A stretch of 64,000 nucleotides of DNA from Bacteroidota bacterium (lineage in GTDB: Bacteria > Bacteroidota > Bacteroidia > Flavobacteriales_F > PHOS-HE28): positions 3,002 to 67,001 of the forward strand of contig CAUJED010000135.1 of NCBI GenBank assembly GCA_963169535.1. Direction: 5' to 3'. Below the pieces are notes generated by a model, which was not told the origin of the DNA, did not search any database, and worked only from the letters and a program-made list of their open reading frames with translations. Below are positions 31,550 to 41,400 of the stretch, one piece after another (position 1 is the first letter of the stretch; each line of letters begins with the position of its first letter). The position numbers and the translations under genes are program-made.

Positions 31550-33973
31550 TCAATGTTCCACGATCACGTTGCCGATCAAGATGGCGGTGCGTCGATCATC
31601 GGAGAAGGTCACGGTGTAGTGCCCGGTGGGCAGACCCTCGGTGTGGATCGTGGTCTGTGGGCCCGCCACGTTCGTTGTCATCACGATCCGGCCACGCGCA
31701 TCCAGCATCCGTATGGTGCCTCGGGTATCGGGCTCCAGGTTGGTCAGGTGGATGGTGTGGTCGGCGGGGTTGGGCCAAAGGGTCCAGGGCGCCCGGGGCG
31801 TTGCCTGGTTCACTCCCACGGGGCTCGTACGCCAGGCGAGCACGTATTCCCCGGTGGCGAGGCTATCCACCTCCATACGCCCATGGCCGTCGGTGGAGGA
31901 TCCCAAGGTGGCGATGGTGACGCCCCAGCGAGACCACGGCGCATCGGGTGTGCGCCGGTGGAGAAGCACCAGGCTATCCTCGTGGAAGGTCACGCCCAGG
32001 GTGTCGTGCATCAGGCCCGGATCGAGGGTGTTCATGGTGTTGCGGCCATCGAATGGGAAGCGGGCACGGAAGCGTTGGCTGTCGGTCCAGCTCCCGGTAA
32101 CGCGCCAGTACCGGTCAGGGGAGATCACATAGGCGAAAGGTTCGGTGGTGATCCCTTCATCGGCCGCCACCCAGTACTGTTCCAGGCGCACCAGGGTGTT
32201 CGGACCAGGACGGGGCATCAGTTCCATGTTGGCCATGGTGGAGTTGATGGTCGCCGTATTGCCAACGGTATGGGTGCTGCCGGTAACGGCCAGGGAAAGC
32301 CGGGAGTCATCGTTCAGCCAGACGAAGGCGGGTTCGAACGGGATGGTCAAGGCGATGTCGGTGGAAGGACCGCCCACCAGCACCGTATCGCGGAACACCT
32401 GTGCGGTATCCGTGCCGACCACGGCCACGGTGATGGGTACTTGTTGGTAGGGTGCCGCGGGCCCGCGTTGTTTCTGGCCGATGGAGAGCTGAAGGATCCA
32501 TCCGTCCTCGCCTGGGCTGCTGTGTTGCGCGTCGATCTCGAAGGCGGCCCATCCGGGTTGTTGGATCCAGTCGCGGAAGAAGTCGGTGAGGTCCATGCCG
32601 CTTGTCTGGCTCAGGTGGTCGCGTAGCATCAGGGTGTTCACCGGTTGGAAGGCGTAGGTGTTCAGGAAGCTCGTAAGACCTTGGCTGAACGCATCGTGGC
32701 CCATGTAGCTGCGCAGGGAGTGGAGCACGATGGCGCCCTTGTTGTAGGTGTGCGTGCCGTAGGTGTGGGCCTGCGGCATATCGGCCAGGGCCCACCAGCC
32801 CGCATCGGACAAGTGGGCACGTTGGACCATGCTCCGTTGGGTGGATCGCACCTCGGCCAGGTATCGCCCCGGTCCGTACACCTGTTCCAGGAACAGGTAA
32901 CTGAGGTATTCGGCGAAACCTTCGTTGATGTACATCTCCTCCGCGCGATCGCAGGTCACCTGGTTGCCGAACCAATGATGCGCGAGCTCGTGGGCCATGG
33001 TGGTCTCGTAGCTCAGTGAACCATCGACGATGGAACGCGGGTAATGGATGCTGGTGCTGTGTTCCATGGCACCTTGTGTGGTGAGCACGTAGCCCACCTT
33101 CTCCCAGCGGTAGGGCCCGAACAACGCTTCGAAATGTGCGAAGGCATCGGGCAGATGGGTGAATGAAGCGCGGAGGTTGGCCGTATCACCCGGTGCGGCC
33201 ACCAGGCTCAGGGGCATCCAATGGCCATTGTCGGAGGGCAGCGAGTCGTGGATCTCCGCGTAGTTGGCGGCGGCCACCGAGACCAGGTACGCGGGCATGG
33301 AGCCCGAACATTCCCAGTGGTTGATCAAGGTGTCGCCCCCGAGCGGAATGCGGTCCACGAGCGTTCCGTTGCACCATGCCTTCTTCCCACCCGCGGTGCG
33401 GATGTGGAAGGAGTAGGTGCTGCGTTCGGTGAAGTCGTCGAGGCAGGGGAACCAGGTTCGGCCGTAGGAATGGGGTACGCTTTGGAAGGCCACGCCCAGG
33501 TTGTAGGTCAAGGCTGCGGAGGTGTAGAAGCCGCCGAAGCCGCTGGGGTCCACGATGGGGTCTCCATGGTAGTGTACCGTGAAACGCACCGTGTCGTTGG
33601 CGTGGATCGTGGTGGCGGGTGTGATCGTGAGGCGGATATCATCTTGGAGGAATGCCCATGGCCCAGTTGCGGAGGTGATGGAATCCACGGCAAGCGCCTC
33701 CAGGTGCAGGTCGAAGCTCGAAACCCCATCGATGCGCGGCGTCAGGTCTATCGTGCACACCCCGCGGATAAGGTTACCCATGGTCAGGTCGAGGTCGATC
33801 TGTTGGTGTAGGATGTCGACCGGGGCCAACTCCACGGGGCCACCCCCACCTCTGGTGGTCGGCGGACGCAGGCCGTTCTTCGTTTCGGCGCAGGTGCTTT
33901 GTGCGCGGCCCGGAGATAGAAGAACGAGGAGGGTGGATAGGGCTGTGAAGTAGCGGAGCAGGGATCGGGGCAT
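31550..33973 (-). CDS. M1-family zinc metallopeptidase (aminopeptidase N-like) with T9SS type-A sorting domain
   Basis: GAMEH, HELAHHWFGN and NEGFAEYL motifs (HExxH-x18-E). Signal peptide MPRSLLRYFTALSTLLVLLSPGRAQS starts at ATG 33973 (the track began 2 codons upstream at a TTG). C-terminal LWPNPADHTIHL...GHYTVTF is CTD-like. Confidence 0.9.
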   Translation of the reverse strand: MPRSLLRYFTALSTLLVLLSPGRAQSTCAETKNGLRPPTTRGGGGPVELAPVDILHQQIDLDLTMGNLIRGVCTIDLTPRIDGVSSFDLHLEALAVDSITSATGPWAFLQDDIRLTITPATTIHANDTVRFTVHYHGDPIVDPSGFGGFYTSAALTYNLGVAFQSVPHSYGRTWFPCLDDFTERSTYSFHIRTAGGKKAWCNGTLVDRIPLGGDTLINHWECSGSMPAYLVSVAAANYAEIHDSLPSDNGHWMPLSLVAAPGDTANLRASFTHLPDAFAHFEALFGPYRWEKVGYVLTTQGAMEHSTSIHYPRSIVDGSLSYETTMAHELAHHWFGNQVTCDRAEEMYINEGFAEYLSYLFLEQVYGPGRYLAEVRSTQRSMVQRAHLSDAGWWALADMPQAHTYGTHTYNKGAIVLHSLRSYMGHDAFSQGLTSFLNTYAFQPVNTLMLRDHLSQTSGMDLTDFFRDWIQQPGWAAFEIDAQHSSPGEDGWILQLSIGQKQRGPAAPYQQVPITVAVVGTDTAQVFRDTVLVGGPSTDIALTIPFEPAFVWLNDDSRLSLAVTGSTHTVGNTATINSTMANMELMPRPGPNTLVRLEQYWVAADEGITTEPFAYVISPDRYWRVTGSWTDSQRFRARFPFDGRNTMNTLDPGLMHDTLGVTFHEDSLVLLHRRTPDAPWSRWGVTIATLGSSTDGHGRMEVDSLATGEYVLAWRTSPVGVNQATPRAPWTLWPNPADHTIHLTNLEPDTRGTIRMLDARGRIVMTTNVAGPQTTIHTEGLPTGHYTVTFSDDRRTAILIGNVIVEH

Positions 33974-33976
33974 GGT

Positions 33977-33984
33977 CAAAAGTA
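33977..33984 (-). promoter_or_regulatory. Candidate -7 promoter box TACTTTTG abutting the M1 peptidase start codon
   Basis: The minus strand reads TACTTTTGACCATG, with only 3 nt between box and ATG. Confidence 0.3.
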
Positions 33985-34022
33985 GGCCGGCAGCGGTGCT
34001 GGTATTCGCTTGGCTGGATCCC

Positions 34023-34030
34023 TAACTTTG
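34023..34030 (+). promoter_or_regulatory. Candidate -7 promoter box TAACTTTG upstream of the 512-aa hypothetical gene
   Basis: Matches TAnnTTTG, 36 nt upstream of ATG 34067. Flanked by the inverted repeat GGATCCC ... GGGATCC (34016..34050). Confidence 0.3.
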
Positions 34031-34066
34031 GTTCCATTGGTTGGGATCCCAACCCTGGCCGAACCC

Positions 34067-35605
34067 ATGAAACCAAGCACCGAGCTGCACGACCTCATCA
34101 AGTCGCTCACCAAGTCCGAGAAGCGCTTCTTCAAGCTGCATTCCTCACTTCAGGCCGGGGACAAGAACTACCTGCGGATCTTCGATGCGATCGACAAGCA
34201 GAAGGTGTACGACGAGGAGCAGATCAAGAAACTCTTCGCGAAGGAGACCTTCATCAAACACCTGCCGTCGGAGAAGAACCATCTCTACAAGTTGATCCTG
34301 AAAGCCCTACGGGCCTTCCACGCGGAGAGCTCGGTGAGCGGAGTGTTGAAGCAGGAGTTGAAGAACATCGAGATCCTGTATCGGAAGGCACTGTATACCG
34401 AGTGCAATAAATTGTTGCATCGGGCCAAGCGGATCGCCCGCGAGAACGAGCGGTTCTACTACTGGTTCGAGTTGCTGAATTGGGAGAAGATGCTCCTGGA
34501 GGAGGCGTATGAATCAGGGGAGTTCACCAAGGACCTGGATGCCTTGATCGAAGAGGAGCGGGAAGTGGTCGAGAAGCTCCGGAACCTGGCGGCGTATCAC
34601 ATCCTCTATAGCAAGATCAACTATGTGTTCCGAAGTGGCGGTTACGTGCGTACCGAAGAGGAGCATGCCATGGTGGAGGAGATCAGCGAGCACCCGTTGA
34701 TCAAGGGGAAGAACACGGCGTTATCGTATCGTGCCGCTACCATCTGCTACTATACCCAAGGCTTCTGCCATTGGGCCAAACGGGATTGGGCCACGAGTTT
34801 GGTGAAGTTCCAACGGGTGCGGCAGATCCTTGATGACCATCCACAGATCCGCGCCGACCTTCCCAAGCGGTACATCCGCACGCTGCACTACATCATCAAT
34901 GCGCAGATCGAACTGGGCGAGTTGAAGGGCGCGCGCGCCACGATCAAGTACATGCGCGAGCTGCCGGGTTTGCCCGGGTTCGGTTGGGAGAATCTCGGGA
35001 TCCAAGTGTTCGTGGCCTGCTCCTTGGGTGAGTTGCGGCTGTTGGACCGGGGTGGAGAACACCCCAAGGCGATGGAGATCGCACCTGGCATCATCGCGGA
35101 GATGGATGCATTGGGCGAGCGGTTGCACAAGGAGCAGCAGTTGGAGTTCTGCTTCACGCTGGCCTGTGTGTATTTCGGCGGAGGGGAGATGAACAAGGCC
35201 TTGTTCTGGTTGAACAAGGTGCTCAATGACAACGAACCCACCTTGCGTCAGGACATCTTCACCTATGCCCGGTTGTTCAACCTGGTGGTGCACTACGAAC
35301 TGGGTAACTATGACCTGCTGGAGTATATCGTTCGGTCCACGCAACGTTTCTTGAACAAGCGGAACCGCGCCGAAGGAATGGAGAACGTGTTGATGGAGCA
35401 CATCAAGAAGCTGGGGCGTACCACGGACCCGAACCAGCGACGCGAACTGTTCAAGACGATGCTGTCGCGCTTCGAGGCGGTGTTGGATGACCCCAACGAG
35501 AGCCTTGTGCTCAAGTACTTCGATGTGGTTTCATGGGCCACGGCGCACCAGCAGGGCGTACCCTACAGCGAGGTGGTTCGTCGCCGGGCGAACGGCGCCG
35601 CCTGA
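34067..35605 (+). CDS. Conserved-looking all-helical hypothetical protein (start trimmed to ATG 34067)
   Basis: 512 aa from MKPSTELHDLIKSLTKSEKRFFKL.... Helical, TPR-like repeat character. No catalytic motif recognised. Confidence 0.6.
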   Translation: MKPSTELHDLIKSLTKSEKRFFKLHSSLQAGDKNYLRIFDAIDKQKVYDEEQIKKLFAKETFIKHLPSEKNHLYKLILKALRAFHAESSVSGVLKQELKNIEILYRKALYTECNKLLHRAKRIARENERFYYWFELLNWEKMLLEEAYESGEFTKDLDALIEEEREVVEKLRNLAAYHILYSKINYVFRSGGYVRTEEEHAMVEEISEHPLIKGKNTALSYRAATICYYTQGFCHWAKRDWATSLVKFQRVRQILDDHPQIRADLPKRYIRTLHYIINAQIELGELKGARATIKYMRELPGLPGFGWENLGIQVFVACSLGELRLLDRGGEHPKAMEIAPGIIAEMDALGERLHKEQQLEFCFTLACVYFGGGEMNKALFWLNKVLNDNEPTLRQDIFTYARLFNLVVHYELGNYDLLEYIVRSTQRFLNKRNRAEGMENVLMEHIKKLGRTTDPNQRRELFKTMLSRFEAVLDDPNESLVLKYFDVVSWATAHQQGVPYSEVVRRRANGAA

Positions 35606-35609
35606 GAGG

Positions 35610-37517
35610 TCAGGGAGCTGAGCGTACGTTGGAGGAAAGCCCTACGCCGGTCACCTTGAATTCGGTGCGACGATTGGCCTGGTGGTCCTCTTCGGTGCAC
35701 TTCACACCGTTGCCACAGCCATTCACAAGGGCTTGTTCACCATAGCCCTTCGCGGTGATGCGGTCGGGGTCCACGCCGCGTTGGATCAGATAGTTCACGG
35801 CACTGTTGGCCCGGGCATCGGACAGCACGAGGTTGTACAGGTCGCCACCGCGGCTGTCCGTGTGGGAGCCGAGTTCGAAGGATAGGTCCGGGTTGTCCTT
35901 GAAGATGCGTGCGATCTTATCAAGCTCGATGGCGGCATCTACGCGGATGTCCCATTTGTCATAGTCGTAGTAGATGTTCTTGATCGCGATGGCTTCACCC
36001 ACTTTCAGCGGTGTCAGCCTTACCGCGGTATGCAGGGTGTCGTTGCGCGTTCGCCCCTTGGTGCTCAACAGGGTGGTTGAGGTCAACATGTCCTTGCTGG
36101 AGACCCGCAGGGAATAGTCGGTGCTGGGCTTCAGTGCGACCAGGAATCTTCCATCAGGCCCGGTCAGAAGGGAGTTGTCTGCGTTCGAGCCAAGGTCGGT
36201 GAGGGTTATTTCAGCATTGGCCAGGAAACGGTCCTCATCATCGGTGATCAAGCCATCGAGGTAGAAGACGGGTTCATACATGGTGAAGGCGTGTATCTGG
36301 TCCAAACCGCTTCGGTCGCTGCTCAGGAAGCCAGCTTTATTGGTGCTGTCGAGCACGAAGAAGAAGTCGTCCTTCGAAGTATTGATCGGTGCGTTGAGGT
36401 TCACCGGCTCCTTCCATCGCCCATTGTGCTCCTGGGTCTCGAAAATGTCCAGCCCACCCATGTTCATGTGGCCGGTGCTCGCGAAATGGAGCGTGTTGCC
36501 GTTCACCGTGGGGAAGAGCTCGTTGCCAGGTGTGTTCACGGTGGAACCGAGGTTCTCGGGTTCGGTCCAGCCGGTGCCGTTGTCCATACACCGCCAGATA
36601 TCCGTGCCACCCAGACCGCCCGGCCTGTCCGATGCGAAGTACAAGGTCTTGCCATCCGGGCTCAAGGCCGGATGTCCGGTGGACCATCGTTCGCTGTTGT
36701 ACGCGAAGGCATGGAGGTCTCCCCACTTTCCGGTGCTGTCCAAGGTGGCCCTGAAGAGCATCAGATGGCTGGTGTTCCGCTCGTCCTTCAGGAGTTTGCG
36801 CTCCATGTAGTGGCTGCGCGTGAAGTACATGGTACGGCCATCGGCGCTGATCGCGACCGGACCTTCATGGTAGTTCCCGTTCACGCTGCCAGGGATCGGC
36901 TCGGCCGTGGTCCAGGTCACCTCTGATCGAGAGGTCGTATGGTAGAGGTCAAGGAAGGAGCCGTTGTTCCACGGGTTGCCATTGTGGGTGTCGCGTAGTT
37001 CCTCGCCAACGAACAACAGACCTCCTTTGTAGGGTACACCAGCGAACGCGCTGGCCACGCCCGGGATGGTGAGGCGGTTCACGAAGAAACGGGAGGAGTC
37101 CTGATAGAACGAGGAGTAGCCTTGTGTGGATCCGAAGAGGTCGAGTGCCCGGCGGTTCTCCGGGGTCTGTTGCAGAACGCGCAGGAACATCTCGGCGGCA
37201 TCATCCGGTTCACCCGCTGCGAGGAGCACCTCTCCATACTGAAGAGCGGTGTCGCCCGTGAGCGGATGTGCGGCGTAGAGCTGGCGGTAGTGGGCCAGGG
37301 ACCGATCCCATGCGTTGTGCTTGCGGTAGGCATCGGCCAGGCGCGCGCGAGCACCGCGGTCCTCGTGTTTCGCGAGCGCCTTTTCGTAGAGACGCTCCGC
37401 CTTGGGGTACTGCATCAGGTCGTAGGCTTCGTCCGCGCGCTGCATCCGCAAGGATGTGCATGAGGATAGGGCCGCCATCACCGCGATCCCGAGAAGGGTT
37501 CGTTCGCGCGTCATCAT
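35610..37517 (-). CDS. PorE-like outer-membrane/periplasmic protein: TPR + TolB-like beta-propeller + CarboxypepD_reg-like + OmpA_C peptidoglycan-binding domain
   Basis: 635 aa with an N-terminal lipoprotein-like signal (ALSSC) and TPR-like helices. Repeated DG(K/R)T(L/M)YF(A/T)S...GG.DI(W/F) blades. Also LDGLITDDEDRFLANAEITLTD.... OmpA_C motif FELGSHTDSRGGDLYNLVLSDARANSAVNYLIQRGVDPDRITAKGYGE. Confidence 0.85.
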   Translation of the reverse strand: MMTRERTLLGIAVMAALSSCTSLRMQRADEAYDLMQYPKAERLYEKALAKHEDRGARARLADAYRKHNAWDRSLAHYRQLYAAHPLTGDTALQYGEVLLAAGEPDDAAEMFLRVLQQTPENRRALDLFGSTQGYSSFYQDSSRFFVNRLTIPGVASAFAGVPYKGGLLFVGEELRDTHNGNPWNNGSFLDLYHTTSRSEVTWTTAEPIPGSVNGNYHEGPVAISADGRTMYFTRSHYMERKLLKDERNTSHLMLFRATLDSTGKWGDLHAFAYNSERWSTGHPALSPDGKTLYFASDRPGGLGGTDIWRCMDNGTGWTEPENLGSTVNTPGNELFPTVNGNTLHFASTGHMNMGGLDIFETQEHNGRWKEPVNLNAPINTSKDDFFFVLDSTNKAGFLSSDRSGLDQIHAFTMYEPVFYLDGLITDDEDRFLANAEITLTDLGSNADNSLLTGPDGRFLVALKPSTDYSLRVSSKDMLTSTTLLSTKGRTRNDTLHTAVRLTPLKVGEAIAIKNIYYDYDKWDIRVDAAIELDKIARIFKDNPDLSFELGSHTDSRGGDLYNLVLSDARANSAVNYLIQRGVDPDRITAKGYGEQALVNGCGNGVKCTEEDHQANRRTEFKVTGVGLSSNVRSAP

Positions 37518-38449
37518 CAGAAGTATCGAGGGGTCTTGATGCGGATGGGCTCCTTACCGAAGTCGAACCCGAGCATCACTTCGTGGCTCCCGCTGGTATG
37601 GGTACGTAGTTTGGAAGTGGTCATGTCGTAGGCGTAGCCCACGCGCAGCATGGGGTTCACCTGGTATTCGAGCATGCCTACGAGTGCATCGCCCGTACGG
37701 TATCCGAGCCCAAGCCAGATGCGCTCGCGGTAGAGCACGTTGCAATTCACGTCGGCTTCGATGGGGGCGGCCGGTGTGTATTTGATCATGGTGCTCGGCT
37801 TCAGGTCGAACGATTCGTTCAAGGAGAAGACCCGCCCCGCATGCAGGTAGTAGTGCTGGGTGAAATAGTCGTCGATGGCCCCCTTGGCGTTCATGGCGAT
37901 CTTGCCATCCGCGGCATAGATGGTAGGGACTGAGAGGCCGACATAGGAATACGTGTCGTACCAGTAGAGGCCGAACCCGAACTTGCCCACCGGCTGGTTG
38001 GTGAGGTCGCTCTGGAAGACCTGGTCATTGGTGTCCCAGAACGTCAGTTCGCTCAGTCTGGCGGAGTAGATGGACAGGCCCGCGCGCATGCCGAACGCCA
38101 GTTTGCTGCCCGGGCTCACGCGGATGTGGTAGGCGTAGTGGCCGGCGATGTCCAGGTCGCGGCTCACCCCGATCTGGTCGTGTACGATGGAGAGCCCTGC
38201 CCCCATCTTACCTTTCATGAGCGGTGCATCAACGGCCATCATGCTGGTGCGTGGTGCACCTTCCACCTTCAACCATTGGCTGCGATGCAACAGGCTGCCG
38301 CTCATGTAGGGGTGGCTGCCTGCGTATGCGGGGTTCAGGAAGAGCTGGTTGAACATATACTGGCTCACCATCACCTCTTGTTGCGCGAACAGCTTCGAGC
38401 AACCGAGCACGGCCAGCACCAGGAAGGATATGCGGTGAATGGGCTTCAT
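37517..38449 (-). CDS. PorP/SprF-family type IX secretion system membrane protein
   Basis: 310 aa. Signal peptide followed by QQEVMVSQYMFNQLFLNPAYAG, the hallmark N-terminus of the family. Its stop overlaps the downstream start by 1 nt. Confidence 0.9.
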   Translation of the reverse strand: MKPIHRISFLVLAVLGCSKLFAQQEVMVSQYMFNQLFLNPAYAGSHPYMSGSLLHRSQWLKVEGAPRTSMMAVDAPLMKGKMGAGLSIVHDQIGVSRDLDIAGHYAYHIRVSPGSKLAFGMRAGLSIYSARLSELTFWDTNDQVFQSDLTNQPVGKFGFGLYWYDTYSYVGLSVPTIYAADGKIAMNAKGAIDDYFTQHYYLHAGRVFSLNESFDLKPSTMIKYTPAAPIEADVNCNVLYRERIWLGLGYRTGDALVGMLEYQVNPMLRVGYAYDMTTSKLRTHTSGSHEVMLGFDFGKEPIRIKTPRYF

Positions 38450-38463
38450 GTGTCGGTCGTTGT

Positions 38464-41400
38464 TCAGCGGCGCAGGTCCACGTAGCCTTGCAGGGTACGT
38501 TCACCGCCATTTATACTCAAGATCACGAAGTAGGTTCCATTTGGGAGTTGGGCGCCTTGGCTGTTCTCGCCCGCCCATTCGTTGCTGTAGTTGGGCCGTT
38601 CGTACACCACGTTGCCCCATCTGTTCAGCACCGTGAACAGGTTCTTGGGGTTTCCTTCGATGCCATGGATCACGAAACGTTCGTTGTCGTTGTCGCCGTT
38701 GGGGCTGAAGGCGGTGGGCATCTCCAGGTCGGTGGGCTGGGTGAGTTCCACGGTCAATGTTGCCGTGCACCCATTGGCATCCGTCACCAACAGGGTGTAG
38801 CTACCTGCGGCCAATCCGCTTATGCTTTCCGTGGTGGCTCCGTTGGACCAACTGAACTGGTACGGTTCGGCGCCGCCGCTCACGGCCGTGGTGATGCTTC
38901 CGTCCTGCGCGCCATAGGCGCTCACGTGATGCCCGGCTGCGTAGCTGGAGAGCAGTGTGTCCATGGTGATCGCAGTGGGCTCTTCGATGGTGTAGTTCCC
39001 GGTGAAGTCGCATCCGAGCGCGTCGGTGACGGTCACCACGTATTGGCCTGCGCCAAGTCCGACCAGATCCTCCGAGGTCGAACCGTTGCTCCAGACGAAG
39101 GTGAATGGCGCGGTGCCACTGGTCACAGAGAGGTCCACCTGGCCGCTTTCCGCACCATGGCAGAGGTTGGCAGTGCTGATCGCGGTGACATCGAGGGCGG
39201 GGGAGCCGGTCACCGTGGCCATGGCTTGTGTGGTACAGCCATTGGCATCGACAACGGTTACGCTGTATGATCCGGGGCTCAGGCCGCTGACGTCCTCGGT
39301 GCTGGCGCCGTTATCCCAGGTGAATTGGAAGGGGGCGCTTCCACCGATCACGTTCAAGTCCACGCTTCCACTGTTTGCGGAACAGGCCGATGGCGTGGCT
39401 GCGGCTGCGAGTTCGAGCGGCGCGGGTGCATCAAGTGTGGAGCAGCTTTGGGCTACGCAGCCGTTCGCATCGGTGATGGTGGCGCAGAAGGTTCCTTCGC
39501 CGAGACCGACTATCATGCCATCGGTGGAGGAGAAGCCGTTCGGTCCGGTCCAGGCGTAGGTGTATGGTGCGGCTCCACCGCTGGTGATCACCTCGATGGA
39601 TCCATCCTGTGCGGATGCGCAGGAGATCTGGGTGCCTCCGGGGAACAAGCTCGTGTTCAAGGTGGGGACGACCGGCTCCGGTGCGGTGATGACCACGGTC
39701 TGTTCCGCGGTGCAGCCGTTGATGTCGACCACGGTGGCCGTGTAGGTGCCGACCGCAAGTCCGGCGATATCGGAACTATTGGAGCTGAAGCCGTTCGGCC
39801 CGCTCCAGGTCACGGTATGGCCGCCATTGCCTCCGCTGATGGCCAAGTTGATCGCACCATCGCTGATGCCGTTGCATGTGGTTCCGAAGCCTTGGTATAG
39901 TGTGGCCGTGGCGGTGGCCACCAAGGCGGAGTCTGGCTGTGTCAGGGTCACGGTGGTGAAGAAGCTGCATTGGTTGGCGTCGGTCACCACCAGCTCATAG
40001 GCGTAATCTCCCGCTGGCAGTCCATCGATGTCCTCGCTGTTGGCGAATTCGATCTCGTCCGGACCGCGCCAGCTGAACACGTAGGGGCCATTGCCACCGG
40101 TGATGGTGGCATCGATGGAGCCATCGCTGGCGCCGAAGCAGCTCACGTTGGTCCCACTGGGGTAAACGGAGAGGCTCAGGTCCGCCTCCACCCGTGTTGG
40201 TGGCTCGGATAGGGTGATGGTGCTGTCGAGCACACAGCCGTTCGCGTCGGTGATCGATACGGCGTAATCCCCCGCGATGAGCCCGGTGTTCTCAAAGGCG
40301 GTCGAGTAGAACGATCCCGGACCGTTGATCGTGACCGTGAACGGTGCGAGTCCACCAGTGGGCTGGAGGTTGATGACCCCGGTGCTATCACCCTGGCATT
40401 GCAGGTTGTACTCGCCATAGAACGAGACGTATGTTCCCGTACTCATGGGGGCCGGACCGGAGAGGGTGGTCTGGAAGGTTCCGGAGCAACCGAGTCCGTC
40501 GCTGACGCTGACGGTATAGGTTCCGTTCACCAGGCTGAAGAGATCCTCATCGGCGCTGCTGAAGCCATCGGGTCCGGTCCAGGTCAGCGAATAGGGTAAG
40601 CCACCACCGGTTATGGACAGGTCGATCGTGCCGGACGTGCCATCTGCGCACAGGTTGGCATTCGTGGAGAAGGCTGCGTTGATCGGCTCCGGTGCCGAGA
40701 GGATGATGGTGGAGTCGTTCCGGCATCCGTTGGCATCGGTCACCACCATGGTGTAGCTGCCTGCGCTCAACCCGTTGATGTCCTCATGTTGTGAGGCGTA
40801 TCCGTCGGGACCGGTCCAGTCGAACTGGTACTGCGGGCTACCTCCGCTCACGGTCACGTCCACGCCGCCGTCATTGCCGATACAGCTCACCTGGTGCCCA
40901 TCGAAGTCGGTGAAGGCGATCACCACCTCGAGCGGATCGGGTGCGGTGAGGGTGGCGCTGGCCGTTCCTGTGCATCCGTTGGCATCGGTCACCAAGAGGT
41001 CGTATTGCCCGGCTTCGAGGCTCACGAGGTCCTCGTTGGTGCTGGTGAAGCCATTCGGTCCGGTCCAGGCGTAGGTATATGCCGGTGTACCGCCGGTGGT
41101 GGTCGCATTGAACACGCCGATCGCGATGGTGGCGCAGGGGATGTTGTAACCTCCGTTGTAGGTCACCGAGGCGAGGTCCACCTGTACCGGTGCGGGTTCT
41201 GTGATCTGGTGCGTGCTCGCATGAGTACAGCCGTTGGCATCCGTCACGTTCAGGGTATAGGTGCCGGCGTAGAGCGAGGCGATGTTGGCGGTGTTGGCGA
41301 TGAAGCCATCGGGACCGTTCCATGCGATGGTGTACGGCATGGTGCCTCCGCTGATCGTGGCATCCATGCTTGCCTCGTTGCCACCAGCGCAGGTGATGTT

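Noticed and set aside
29332-31553. ORFs 29332..29853 (+), 29792..30388 (+), 30213..31553 (-, alternate frame) and 30419..31468 (+)
   Set aside because: They overlap the LtaS-family gene in antisense or alternate frames, and their Arg/Pro/Gly-rich translations have no motifs.
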